From a virus (lineage: Duplodnaviria > Caudoviricetes): a DNA stretch of 51,402 nucleotides. The notes below the pieces were generated by a model. It saw only the letters and a list, made by a program, of their open reading frames with translations, ran no database searches and was not told where the DNA came from. Location of the stretch: positions 1-51,402 of IMG/VR virus record IMGVR_UViG_3300012096_000008; one strand, given 5' to 3'. Below, piece after piece: positions 26,347 through 35,271 of this stretch. Made by a program: the position numbers and the translations under genes. Position 1 is the stretch's first letter. Each line of letters opens with the position of its first letter.

Positions 26347-28179
26347 TTATGGATTAAGAGCATACCAAGCCCATGCTGGTGTAGATGTATAGGTCATTGA
26401 AATAGTATCCCCCGGTCTAACGGTTGTACTAAAACCATTAGTGATTGCGATGGGAATACTATTTACTTGATATTGAGTTATAGCTGAACTTGATGCATAA
26501 ACAACCACTGGAAATGGATTATTATTTGTAATCGCATTTCCGCTTGTAGGTACGGTCGGAGTAACTAGAGTTGGGAGGGAAGGGGTTGAAAGATTATCTA
26601 CATTACCAGATGTTCTAATATTATTTACGGTTGAATAAGTAGTACTGGGAAAGAAGAAGGCTGCATTTCCTGCTATACCACTTGCGATAGAATTTCCTGA
26701 TATCGTAGCGCTTGCAACACCTCCGAATATAATACCATATTGTGATAAAGAACTTCCATATAATAGTGTATTACCAGTTATATTTACATTACTAACCCAA
26801 ATGGGATTAATAATTCCCGTGGCAAATTGAATGCAAGCTGTGGTGGCAAAAAGCTGATTGCCTGATATAACTACTTGATCGCATTGACCCTGAGTAGTAG
26901 GAGCAGGATTGAAAGAAATACCTATTGGAGAACCTTCTATTGTATTTCCAGTAATAATTAAAGGTTCCATAAAGAATGCATGACTACCTGTGACGGGATC
27001 AGTATAAGCCTGAGGTGATATTAAGATGCCAGCAGTTTGTGAAATACCGAATACATTATTACAGATACGATATCCTCCTCCATTATTCATGACTATATGG
27101 TAGGGACCAGCGCAATTAAAAAAATTGCAATTATGAATAATCGAATCCCCGAAACTAGCCGAGTTCACAGATCCAGTAAAGTTTACAGAACTTCCTGCTT
27201 GTAAACTAAGTCCTAAATTCTTAGAATCCAGAAAAATAATATTATCCATTGTAAACTGCATGCAGTTAGTAGCTTTAATAGCTATATCTGCTCCTGTTAT
27301 ACAAAGATCGCGTAGAACACTGAAGGTATTGGTCCCGTTATTAGCTGCCGCAGCATTCATAGAAATGCCCACCGTACCTGAAGTAGGCGGAACTGGATAA
27401 AATACTTCGAAACTTTCTAGGGTAACTGATTTATTTGTTTGAAAGTTAATTGCAGGTACATTACTCATTACAAGAGTACTACCTTTCCACCCAGTAGTCT
27501 TAGTAGGTAATGCAGCAGGAACTCCATTAAAACCGTAGATGAAACCATTATCTCCTTCATAACCAACACCACGAATAGTTATTCTATCTGTAATATTCAA
27601 AGTACTGGATATATTATAATTGCCTCCAGGAATATGGACTATTCCTACTGCAATTTGAGCTTGATTTATACAATTCTGAAAAGCAACAGTAGAATCTGCA
27701 ATTCCTGTTGGATCAGCCCCAAAATCAATTACACTATAATAATCACCTTGTAATTTAGCATTAATAGTAGTAGCTACAGCTCCGGTACCTGTTTGAGTAA
27801 AGGCAATAGAAGGTAAGGAAACTGTACCACTAAAAGTATTACTACCGCTAAAAGTATTATTACCTGAAAATGTATTATTAGCATTTAAAAGAGGAACAGT
27901 ACCTCCTGATGTTCCTATAGGAGGGACAGTAATTGTAGGATTGTTTGCCACATCTATTAACCTTGCAGGAGAATTCATAGTAGCGGGGGATGGTAAATTA
28001 AGTATCTGATTATTATTCATATCCAGATTGGCACCCATAGTATTAGGTTGAGTGCCATCTCTAGACAAAGTATTGTCAATACCGAGTTCTATGATCTCGT
28101 TATTAGTATTGATCGCGTTAACCGCAGTAGTTTGATTTGTTAAGTTAACCAGATCAGTTAACGTGATTTTATTTGCCAT
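26347..28179 (-). CDS. tailspike with pectate-lyase-like beta-helix (probable depolymerase)
   Basis: [23 protein letters not shown] and repeated I.GN.I rungs. Confidence 0.88.
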   Translation of the reverse strand: MANKITLTDLVNLTNQTTAVNAINTNNEIIELGIDNTLSRDGTQPNTMGANLDMNNNQILNLPSPATMNSPARLIDVANNPTITVPPIGTSGGTVPLLNANNTFSGNNTFSGSNTFSGTVSLPSIAFTQTGTGAVATTINAKLQGDYYSVIDFGADPTGIADSTVAFQNCINQAQIAVGIVHIPGGNYNISSTLNITDRITIRGVGYEGDNGFIYGFNGVPAALPTKTTGWKGSTLVMSNVPAINFQTNKSVTLESFEVFYPVPPTSGTVGISMNAAAANNGTNTFSVLRDLCITGADIAIKATNCMQFTMDNIIFLDSKNLGLSLQAGSSVNFTGSVNSASFGDSIIHNCNFFNCAGPYHIVMNNGGGYRICNNVFGISQTAGILISPQAYTDPVTGSHAFFMEPLIITGNTIEGSPIGISFNPAPTTQGQCDQVVISGNQLFATTACIQFATGIINPIWVSNVNITGNTLLYGSSLSQYGIIFGGVASATISGNSIASGIAGNAAFFFPSTTYSTVNNIRTSGNVDNLSTPSLPTLVTPTVPTSGNAITNNNPFPVVVYASSSAITQYQVNSIPIAITNGFSTTVRPGDTISMTYTSTPAWAWYALNP

Positions 28180-28712
28180 TATGTAAACAATACATATGCT
28201 TCAGAGCCAGGAGTTACATTAGTAAGTCTGATAAATAAATATCTAGAAGTACCTACCGCAATTACCGGAGCTGTTTGATTTGCATCGAAAGTTCCACCAG
28301 AACCATTGACGATGGTGATTGTACCACCAGCACCAGAACCTGTACTATTGATTACTAGACAAGAGATATAATCTCCTACCTGAGCCCCAGAACTTATATT
28401 ATTGACAGTGGCTACCATATTAGCAGCACTATCAAGAGTCATATTACTTGTAGCAGTATTAGAATTCTTCCAAGTAATAATACCTGTTAAAAGATCCGCG
28501 GATAAAGCAATAAAGTTAGTTGCAGATGTTCCACTCCTAGGGGGACCAAATCCAGCAATCCAATTAGTTCCTTGTGGATTAGTAGTATATGCAGAACCTA
28601 GACCAACAGTGCCAATGAGCGTGATGGGAACGCGAGTAGCCCTCGTCCGCTCATTAGTGACTACTTCGTCATCGCCTGCCATGTCAACTTGTTGAGCGAC
28701 ATTAAGAGCCAT
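28179..28712 (-). CDS. putative capsid decoration or minor structural protein
   Basis: AGGA RBS, Gly/Thr-rich beta protein with LSA.LL.GII...TL..A motif, downstream of the capsid gene. Confidence 0.6.
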   Translation of the reverse strand: MALNVAQQVDMAGDDEVVTNERTRATRVPITLIGTVGLGSAYTTNPQGTNWIAGFGPPRSGTSATNFIALSADLLTGIITWKNSNTATSNMTLDSAANMVATVNNISSGAQVGDYISCLVINSTGSGAGGTITIVNGSGGTFDANQTAPVIAVGTSRYLFIRLTNVTPGSEAYVLFT

Positions 28713-28734
28713 ATTTTATTTCCTTTCTATGATA

Positions 28735-28754
28735 CTGGGGACCGTAGTCCCCAG
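28735..28754 (-). promoter_or_regulatory. C(UACG)G tetraloop hairpin in the late transcript
   Basis: On the - strand, CTGGGGAC-TACG-GTCCCCAG with no U-tract, so more likely a stability element or weak attenuator. Confidence 0.55.
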
Positions 28755-28765
28755 AACCACATTAA

Positions 28766-29488
28766 TTATTGACTGATAGAACCATACATCGTGTATCTAA
28801 CACGTAGCTTTATCAATCCGTTGGTGAATGCACCTGTAGCGATCGCCGAAATATACGCCTTCGAAGGAAGGGGTGTAAGTGCGTTAGTCACTAGAGGAAC
28901 AGATCCCAACCATGTAGCATTACTGCCTGCCACCGCAGTACCAGAAGCATCCCATGCTAAACCGGTAGTTGCGCCGGGAATAGTATAAGTTGTTCTCTGA
29001 CCTGAAGTAGTCATACGAGCAATTGGGAACGCATTAAGTAATTGCGTACCCGCGTTGGGTGTTACCTGTACAAATGTACTTGACGGAGTACCTGGGCTAA
29101 CAGCCGCAAGTCCTACTGAGAGACTCGTACCACCAGTAGCACCTATAATTGTCTCAACTTCCACAGACTCAAAAAAGAGCTGCATGGTTGTGAAATTTAG
29201 GATACCACCAGAGACCGTAGTCACCGGAGTAATTTGTAAGGGAACAATGTCAGTTAAAGATTGAATACCTGCCGCAATCGGGAAGCCTGTACCAACGAAC
29301 GATGTCGGTGGGGCAGGAACCTGAATAGTAGTGCCAGAGCCAATAGCCATGGGTACTAACGGAATAAGTTGTTCAATCTCGCGAGTTTCGCCGTAGACGA
29401 GATAATCGCCTCCGACTTCTTCGATAGCCTTCTGCGTACCAAACTGTAGCGGAAGTCCATCTTGGTTAAGCCAAAAACCTGCTACCAT
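28766..29488 (-). CDS. putative capsid cement/decoration protein
   Basis: W.N.DGL...FG start and C-terminal FT.G..KLRV.Y, immediately after the capsid gene. AGGAG RBS. Confidence 0.65.
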   Translation of the reverse strand: MVAGFWLNQDGLPLQFGTQKAIEEVGGDYLVYGETREIEQLIPLVPMAIGSGTTIQVPAPPTSFVGTGFPIAAGIQSLTDIVPLQITPVTTVSGGILNFTTMQLFFESVEVETIIGATGGTSLSVGLAAVSPGTPSSTFVQVTPNAGTQLLNAFPIARMTTSGQRTTYTIPGATTGLAWDASGTAVAGSNATWLGSVPLVTNALTPLPSKAYISAIATGAFTNGLIKLRVRYTMYGSISQ

Positions 29489-29499
29489 TTCATATCTCC

Positions 29500-30459
29500 T
29501 TAACTTGGAACTGCACTGGTGGCGGTAATTACTGTAACCATGTTTTCAGGCCGATAAAGCTTGAAACCATACTCAGCAATGGTGAGGTATTCTTCTTGCT
29601 GTAAGTCCTTGTTAAACTCACTGTAGACTGTGGGCATCTGTCTGAAGCCACCAATCCAAGGTGTAGTGTCACCCGGAGTCGCAGAGAAGAAATAGTTAGT
29701 TACGCCGCCAGTTACCGCAACGCCATTGATCGTTTCTGATGCAATGGGAGGAAGATAATTAGAAACGTAAATATCAAACCCATAGACATTAAAACGGAAT
29801 TTGAAGCCCGTCATAATGCCATCGCGAGTTACATCGCCCCACATTTGCATGGGAGAGAGTAAATTCACGAGATTTGTTTGAGTTTGTAGTGTATATGCAA
29901 CTGAAGGATCAATCACGGCACATAGATTAACCAAAGGCACGTTAGCCTTGAATAATGCATATTGTGCACGAGCGAAGTCAGGCAATGTGATTGACTGACC
30001 TGTGCCGCCTGCCACCCAACGGTGGTCGGCGAGATTGATGATGTTGGGATTGCCAGCAGTTTGTCCATTGTTCGCTTGAGCGAAAATGCGAGTCTCCACT
30101 GCTTCCATCAAGGCACGATGTTGACGCGGCACGAATGCAGCGATAACGTCGGCTTGGTAAAAGCTATCTCTCTTGAACTTTTCGCTGATTGCATGAGCAG
30201 AATACTTGTACTGATCAAATGAGAACTGGAAGTTACCAGTATCCATTGCGTTGTACTTGACCGCTTGATTTTCTGTGAAATCTAGCGTTTCTGCTTCACC
30301 AATAGACGGAATGTTGATTGTATAGCCATCGGGGAAGTCTTGGATAATCTTGACAAACTTCATAGCATTCAATTCATCAAGTAGAAGTTCCTTGATCTGA
30401 CGTGACCAAAGTTGACTTCTAATGAGATATTGATTATTGGCGTCGTTAAAACCAGCCAT
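29500..30459 (-). CDS. major capsid protein
   Basis: LIR..LWS..IKE.L.D, FPDG....IPSIG and YG.KLYRPEN motifs. AAGGAG RBS, follows the scaffold gene. Confidence 0.93.
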   Translation of the reverse strand: MAGFNDANNQYLIRSQLWSRQIKELLLDELNAMKFVKIIQDFPDGYTINIPSIGEAETLDFTENQAVKYNAMDTGNFQFSFDQYKYSAHAISEKFKRDSFYQADVIAAFVPRQHRALMEAVETRIFAQANNGQTAGNPNIINLADHRWVAGGTGQSITLPDFARAQYALFKANVPLVNLCAVIDPSVAYTLQTQTNLVNLLSPMQMWGDVTRDGIMTGFKFRFNVYGFDIYVSNYLPPIASETINGVAVTGGVTNYFFSATPGDTTPWIGGFRQMPTVYSEFNKDLQQEEYLTIAEYGFKLYRPENMVTVITATSAVPS

Positions 30460-30481
30460 AATGAAGTCTCCTTAGATTAAA

Positions 30482-31222
30482 TTAATTCTCAGGCATACCG
30501 AATGCAGCACCTAATTCGATGGCATCGTTATGCATTTGAATAGCGATTTTAGGATCCAGATAGGCTCGGGGATCTCTTTTATTTAACTCTTGATAATAAT
30601 TCCAATCTCGTTTCTGAACCGTTGGTGCGAACTGGTTTTGTCGCTGGCTTGAACGGGGTGGAGCAATATCAGTAGATTGACGGGCTTCATCTAATCCAAA
30701 GGTCTTTAGAAAGACATTGGGATGAGTCTTAGCCAGATCGTCGGTAAAAGCTTGATCTAAGCCTAGTGTATCCATACGTTGCTTAAGAACTTCTGAAGCT
30801 TTATCTCCAAAGTGTTCTTTAAGCTTTGCCTTAATTATATTGAAGTTTTCAGTCTGTTTAGTCAGCTTCTCACGTTGAGTGAGCTTCTGTTCCAGAATGG
30901 AGTCAATATCTTCAGGCTTAATCGATGGCTTGGTTTCTTCCGTTTGGGTGATTACGGGTTTGTCCGGGTTGGCAAGAAGTTTCTCTTGTCGAGCTATTAA
31001 TTCTTTCAACGAGGCCGTCGTAGTAGCTTCTTCTCTTAACTTAAGATAGTCTTCCCGGATATTGTCAAAGCGGGCATTTTGTGTCTTAATGAAAAGATCA
31101 GATTCTATCTTTGCTGCGAGGATCTCTTCCTTGGATTTGTCTTTCCATTTATTGAGTATAACCTCACGTTCGTTAGTATTATCCGGGATCACCGGTTCAA
31201 CATCTAATAGGCTGTCAGCCAT
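30482..31222 (-). CDS. capsid scaffolding protein
   Basis: Acidic coiled-coil protein with SD.FI..., directly upstream of the capsid gene. Confidence 0.8.
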   Translation of the reverse strand: MADSLLDVEPVIPDNTNEREVILNKWKDKSKEEILAAKIESDLFIKTQNARFDNIREDYLKLREEATTTASLKELIARQEKLLANPDKPVITQTEETKPSIKPEDIDSILEQKLTQREKLTKQTENFNIIKAKLKEHFGDKASEVLKQRMDTLGLDQAFTDDLAKTHPNVFLKTFGLDEARQSTDIAPPRSSQRQNQFAPTVQKRDWNYYQELNKRDPRAYLDPKIAIQMHNDAIELGAAFGMPEN

Positions 31223-31481
31223 GTTTCTTCTCCTGGTCGAAGGTTATTAGTTTAGACACCATCTTCAAAGCAGCTCTAAAACCATTGTTATGAGCTTGCT
31301 TATAGTCCCAATTAGGTGTCTCATATATCTTAGGACTTATCTCTGCGGCATCGAGGCCGGCTTTCTCTTCATCTAAAAGTTCTTGCAATCGATCTAAAAT
31401 ATATCGAGAGGCTTTTAAACTTCTAGTAAATTTTTCCTTATCTTCCTCAGTCTTTAAATGCTTGGTCCAAGCAGTAATCAT
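31215..31481 (-). CDS. conserved small head-module protein
   Basis: M.T.W and Y..PNW.YKQA..NG pattern, located between portal and scaffold. Confidence 0.75.
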   Translation of the reverse strand: MITAWTKHLKTEEDKEKFTRSLKASRYILDRLQELLDEEKAGLDAAEISPKIYETPNWDYKQAHNNGFRAALKMVSKLITFDQEKKHG

Positions 31482-31585
31482 AAACGATCCTTAAGAAGTA
31501 TAACGAATATCCAACCTATTAAAGCCAAGGCTGCTGCAAATACCATGATTGTAGTTACAATACCTAGTATTTCTTGAGCAGACAT
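31478..31585 (-). CDS. small single-TM protein (35 aa)
   Basis: AGGAG RBS, MSAQEILGIVTTIMVFAAALALIGWIFVILLKDRL, with ATGA coupling. Confidence 0.55.
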   Translation of the reverse strand: MSAQEILGIVTTIMVFAAALALIGWIFVILLKDRL

Positions 31586-31602
31586 TTAATAATTATCTCC
31601 TA

Positions 31603-31779
31603 TTAGATAGTGCCTTTATTAATACTTTCCTTAGCACCATCACCTGCACCACTACCGCCATATCCAGCTAAATTAGGATCTTCATGAGTGACGTTATGTA
31701 AATGTTTCAAATGAGGAGTATGCGCATTATCTTGACTAGAAGGGAAGGATGGATGCATATAAGCTTTGTGATCGGCCAT
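31603..31779 (-). CDS. small His-rich protein (58 aa)
   Basis: TAATG coupling to the portal stop, MADHKAYMHPSF...KGTI. Confidence 0.5.
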   Translation of the reverse strand: MADHKAYMHPSFPSSQDNAHTPHLKHLHNVTHEDPNLAGYGGSGAGDGAKESINKGTI

Positions 31780-33653
31780 TATTGTGTTCCTAATGTTCCT
31801 GCAGGAGTTGCGTTAGCAGGAGGATTACGCTTCAACCCAAACCCAGGTTGAGGGGGAGGCGGTGGAGGGGCATACTGTCCAGTCTGAGGATGGACATCGT
31901 AATCTTGTCCTATTCCTGTAGCTGTACCAGCTTCTTGATGTAGTTGTTCTTGCAGAGATTGGATCATTCTTTGACCATCAGCCTGTTCTGCCAAAGATAT
32001 GAATGGAGTAACCGCTGCATAATCTTTTAGATCGAACACTGTTTCAAGTATCTTTGCTAATACTATTCCACTGAAATGAGGCTGGACTGTGGGCCAGAGA
32101 CCGGACCCGGTGAGAGCAGTAAGATTTTGGACAAGTTCTGCTTGTTCAGCAAAATGTCGAGCACCAATTGGCTTAATCCTTCCAACTCCTGTAATGTCAT
32201 CAACAGTGAGAGTTTGGAAGGTTGTAGCATTGAGGTCATTATCAAATACTCTTATTGTAAGAGCTCCAGATAGATTTCTACGTGCTAATTCTAACATGTA
32301 ATTAAGCAACATCTCTAAGACTTGTTCAGAGAATTGATTGATTTTATTCTGAAATAGCCGGGAACTGGCATTCTCTAGACGTTGTACTTCGTACTTTGTC
32401 TTTTCACCCGGAGACCGAATGCCCATAGCCTCTCTGGGAGCTCCCGCCATTTCTTCCATCTGAGTAGTCAGTTTCTCAATCTTCATGTCAGCTTGTAAGA
32501 TCTGAACATCAGGTTGAACTAGTTCTACATCTCCTTCATCTGAGACAAAGATCTTTTCACCTGGCTGCCAGACATACTCTTCTACGAAGCCTTTAACCTT
32601 TTGGACAGGATAAGTCGATAAATCCCAGATATCTGCAGCCATATTCTCTATATGATCTACACGATATTGCATACCAACAAGATTAGCTAAAGGACCCATG
32701 CCCCATAGATTATCTTGTTTGCGTCTCCACGGAGAATGAACGATTGGAGGATAGCCAAAGAAAGACGGATTAGATTTGTTATTGATCAATTTATGACGAT
32801 CTACAATCGTAATAACACGATTCTTTTCAAAGGTATCTGTATAAGGATCGTACCAATCCCCGTAGAAAGTTAGTACTTCAACGAAGTCAGATAATAGGTA
32901 AGCTCTGAAATTAGTGAAGCCATCCATGGCATAGAGACGATCCTTCTGGATCCAGTCTCCTTGAAATTGCCTAGCATGGAATCTAATTTCTTTTAAGTAT
33001 ATAAAGAGTTTCTCGTAATCTTCCTGATTCTCATCATTAGATAAACGTTCCATTAAATCTTTCAATTCACCCATAGAAATTAGAGAACGAATCATCTTTG
33101 GAGATTGAATGAAATTTTCTGCTGTTGGATTAAAAACTATGTCCAAAGGACTAATACGACGAACTGCGGGACCGACATAGCCGGCCTGGGTTTTATCTAT
33201 TTGTTCTACTCTTTGATCCACCCATTCTACTGTTGCAAAGCAATTACCGAAGTCTATGTAATCTTGTATGATCTTTTCCATTTCAGATTTGAACGTTGGT
33301 TGTTCAATAGTCCAAGTCATATAGTTTACAATTGAGTCTCGCTTTTCAACGGAAGCTTGATTCTCAGGTTCCCATTCAAGCCATTTACGCTTGGGGAATA
33401 ACGTGGCGATGTAGTTCGCGAACAAGTTATCTCTGATTTGGCAGAGTTTAGGAACTGTAGTCTTATTCTTCCAGGGCAATGAAGAGTTGGAAGTCTGGGT
33501 AGTATCTGTGGCATATACATAACGTCTAACCTCTTCCCAATCATTCTTAGCGACTTGTCGGAGAGTATCCCATTGTATCCATCGTTCTGTAAGTCTAGTA
33601 GCAAGTAAATCCGGAGAAATGATATTCTCCAGAGCCATGACTTTACCAGTCAT
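31779..33653 (-). CDS. portal protein
   Basis: W.E.R.Y.YATDT, PWKN.TT.PKL.QIRDNL, DYIDFGN.F, RISPLDIVF.P.A, MGPL.NL.GMQY and EEMAGAPREAMG.R.PGEKT motifs. GGAGGAG RBS and ATGA overlap favour start 33653. Confidence 0.93.
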   Translation of the reverse strand: MTGKVMALENIISPDLLATRLTERWIQWDTLRQVAKNDWEEVRRYVYATDTTQTSNSSLPWKNKTTVPKLCQIRDNLFANYIATLFPKRKWLEWEPENQASVEKRDSIVNYMTWTIEQPTFKSEMEKIIQDYIDFGNCFATVEWVDQRVEQIDKTQAGYVGPAVRRISPLDIVFNPTAENFIQSPKMIRSLISMGELKDLMERLSNDENQEDYEKLFIYLKEIRFHARQFQGDWIQKDRLYAMDGFTNFRAYLLSDFVEVLTFYGDWYDPYTDTFEKNRVITIVDRHKLINNKSNPSFFGYPPIVHSPWRRKQDNLWGMGPLANLVGMQYRVDHIENMAADIWDLSTYPVQKVKGFVEEYVWQPGEKIFVSDEGDVELVQPDVQILQADMKIEKLTTQMEEMAGAPREAMGIRSPGEKTKYEVQRLENASSRLFQNKINQFSEQVLEMLLNYMLELARRNLSGALTIRVFDNDLNATTFQTLTVDDITGVGRIKPIGARHFAEQAELVQNLTALTGSGLWPTVQPHFSGIVLAKILETVFDLKDYAAVTPFISLAEQADGQRMIQSLQEQLHQEAGTATGIGQDYDVHPQTGQYAPPPPPPQPGFGLKRNPPANATPAGTLGTQ

Positions 33654-35221
33654 GCTACTCCTCCCCAACGGGAGTTAAAGATATATTCAGGTTCTTTGTT
33701 CTTTCGCATTCTATAATAATCCAGAGGTGGTACTGCAAAATCTATCGCAGAAGCTAAGGCATCCTTAACATCGTCATGCGCTGGATTGCTGTAAATTAAT
33801 TCTTCTTCTAAAACCTGGCAATTACCGCTGGAATAGTGCCATATCTGTCTATTAGCATATCTAGGTTCTAATATAGAGAAGATACGTTCTTCCTTAGAAC
33901 CTGTCCACCGTGAAGGTCTAAACTCATCTACAGATAAGGATAAACCATTCTTACGGATGTAATTCTCCTTTAGATCTTCGACTATAACTTTCTGAGCTAC
34001 GCTTACTTCACAACGAATCTTTCTGAAGCCCCATTTGTCATATAGTTTTAAGATATGGTTAAAATATTCAGATACCCGATCTGTTTTAAAGCGATCTATT
34101 TCAAGAATATAGTAATTGTTAAGACCGTCAGCACCAAGGACCACAATAGAAGTGAAGTCAGCCTTCTTTCCAGTAGAGTAGGCGAAGTCGACAGAGGCAC
34201 AGATGTTAAGACGTTCTCGTTTGAAGAACCAGTGGTGGTCTCTTTTGGTGAGATAGTTTTGATCGTAGTACTGGAACAAGTCTCGTTGGATGGGGGAATT
34301 ATCCACGTCGTGTGGGTCGTTGTAGTACTGGGCTCTAAAGTGAATTTTGTTAAGGTATTGAGCTCTTTTAGTCGCAAGAATATCCGGGTCGAAGCCAAAC
34401 CATTTACCATCGGATCTACGTTGTCTAGGCCAGAGAAATTGTCCGGAACCATCTCCGGCGGTTTCGACTGGATATTCTTTGCTTTCAAAAAGCGAAACGG
34501 AAGCTTCTTTGTTTCCTTCGTCATCGTATTCATCTATTTCCATTTCTAATAGACTTGAGTATAAATCTTTAGGATGATACCTAGTACCAACTACCCATTC
34601 ACGCGCATTGACAGTTTCAATAGAAGATAGATAAGAATATTGATCTATTACTTTTTGTCGTCCTTCTTCGAGGTACGCATTGCTCTGGACAACAACATCG
34701 TCAAGCACAGCGATATCGCAATGCATGCCAACAATGTTAGAAGTAAGCCCAGCGGTGAATATAGATGGATCACGTATCGATTCTTCCTTCCTCTTAGGAT
34801 GGTCTAGTGATATTTCTCTCTCAGTCCACTTCTCACGTTTAGCTTCTTCTGGTACGACCATATCAGGCCAATAGAGGCGATATACATCATCTGTGAATAT
34901 ATCTTTAATAAACTTCAATTGCTTAGTAGCTAAGTTAGAAGTAGATGAAATATAGAGAACCCGAAGCGTGGGATCTTTAGTAAGTTCCCATGCTACACGA
35001 TAAGCGACTAGAGCACTCTTCATGTGGTCTCTTGGCAAGAGTAGTAATTGATGAGATCTACTTCCATCAGAAGTCCACCAAGATATAACCTCACGATGGA
35101 TATTACCGAGCAATCTTTTAGGATGAACTAATTTGATGAACTCTTCTAGGGAGCTTTCAGCTAGCTTACGCCGATCGTCTCGGGTCTTTTGTAGGTCTGA
35201 TTTCTTTTTTCGGCCTGCCAC
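33650..35221 (-). CDS. terL: terminase large subunit
   Basis: Walker A-like PRDHMKS, Walker B IAVLDD, VGTRY, nuclease DFA...D.T and HDD.KDA. Confidence 0.95.
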   Translation of the reverse strand: MAGRKKKSDLQKTRDDRRKLAESSLEEFIKLVHPKRLLGNIHREVISWWTSDGSRSHQLLLLPRDHMKSALVAYRVAWELTKDPTLRVLYISSTSNLATKQLKFIKDIFTDDVYRLYWPDMVVPEEAKREKWTEREISLDHPKRKEESIRDPSIFTAGLTSNIVGMHCDIAVLDDVVVQSNAYLEEGRQKVIDQYSYLSSIETVNAREWVVGTRYHPKDLYSSLLEMEIDEYDDEGNKEASVSLFESKEYPVETAGDGSGQFLWPRQRRSDGKWFGFDPDILATKRAQYLNKIHFRAQYYNDPHDVDNSPIQRDLFQYYDQNYLTKRDHHWFFKRERLNICASVDFAYSTGKKADFTSIVVLGADGLNNYYILEIDRFKTDRVSEYFNHILKLYDKWGFRKIRCEVSVAQKVIVEDLKENYIRKNGLSLSVDEFRPSRWTGSKEERIFSILEPRYANRQIWHYSSGNCQVLEEELIYSNPAHDDVKDALASAIDFAVPPLDYYRMRKNKEPEYIFNSRWGGVA

Positions 35222-35271
35222 CTAATTTTCCTAATGTTTTAGCATGTTTACTGATGCTTGCTGGTTTCATT

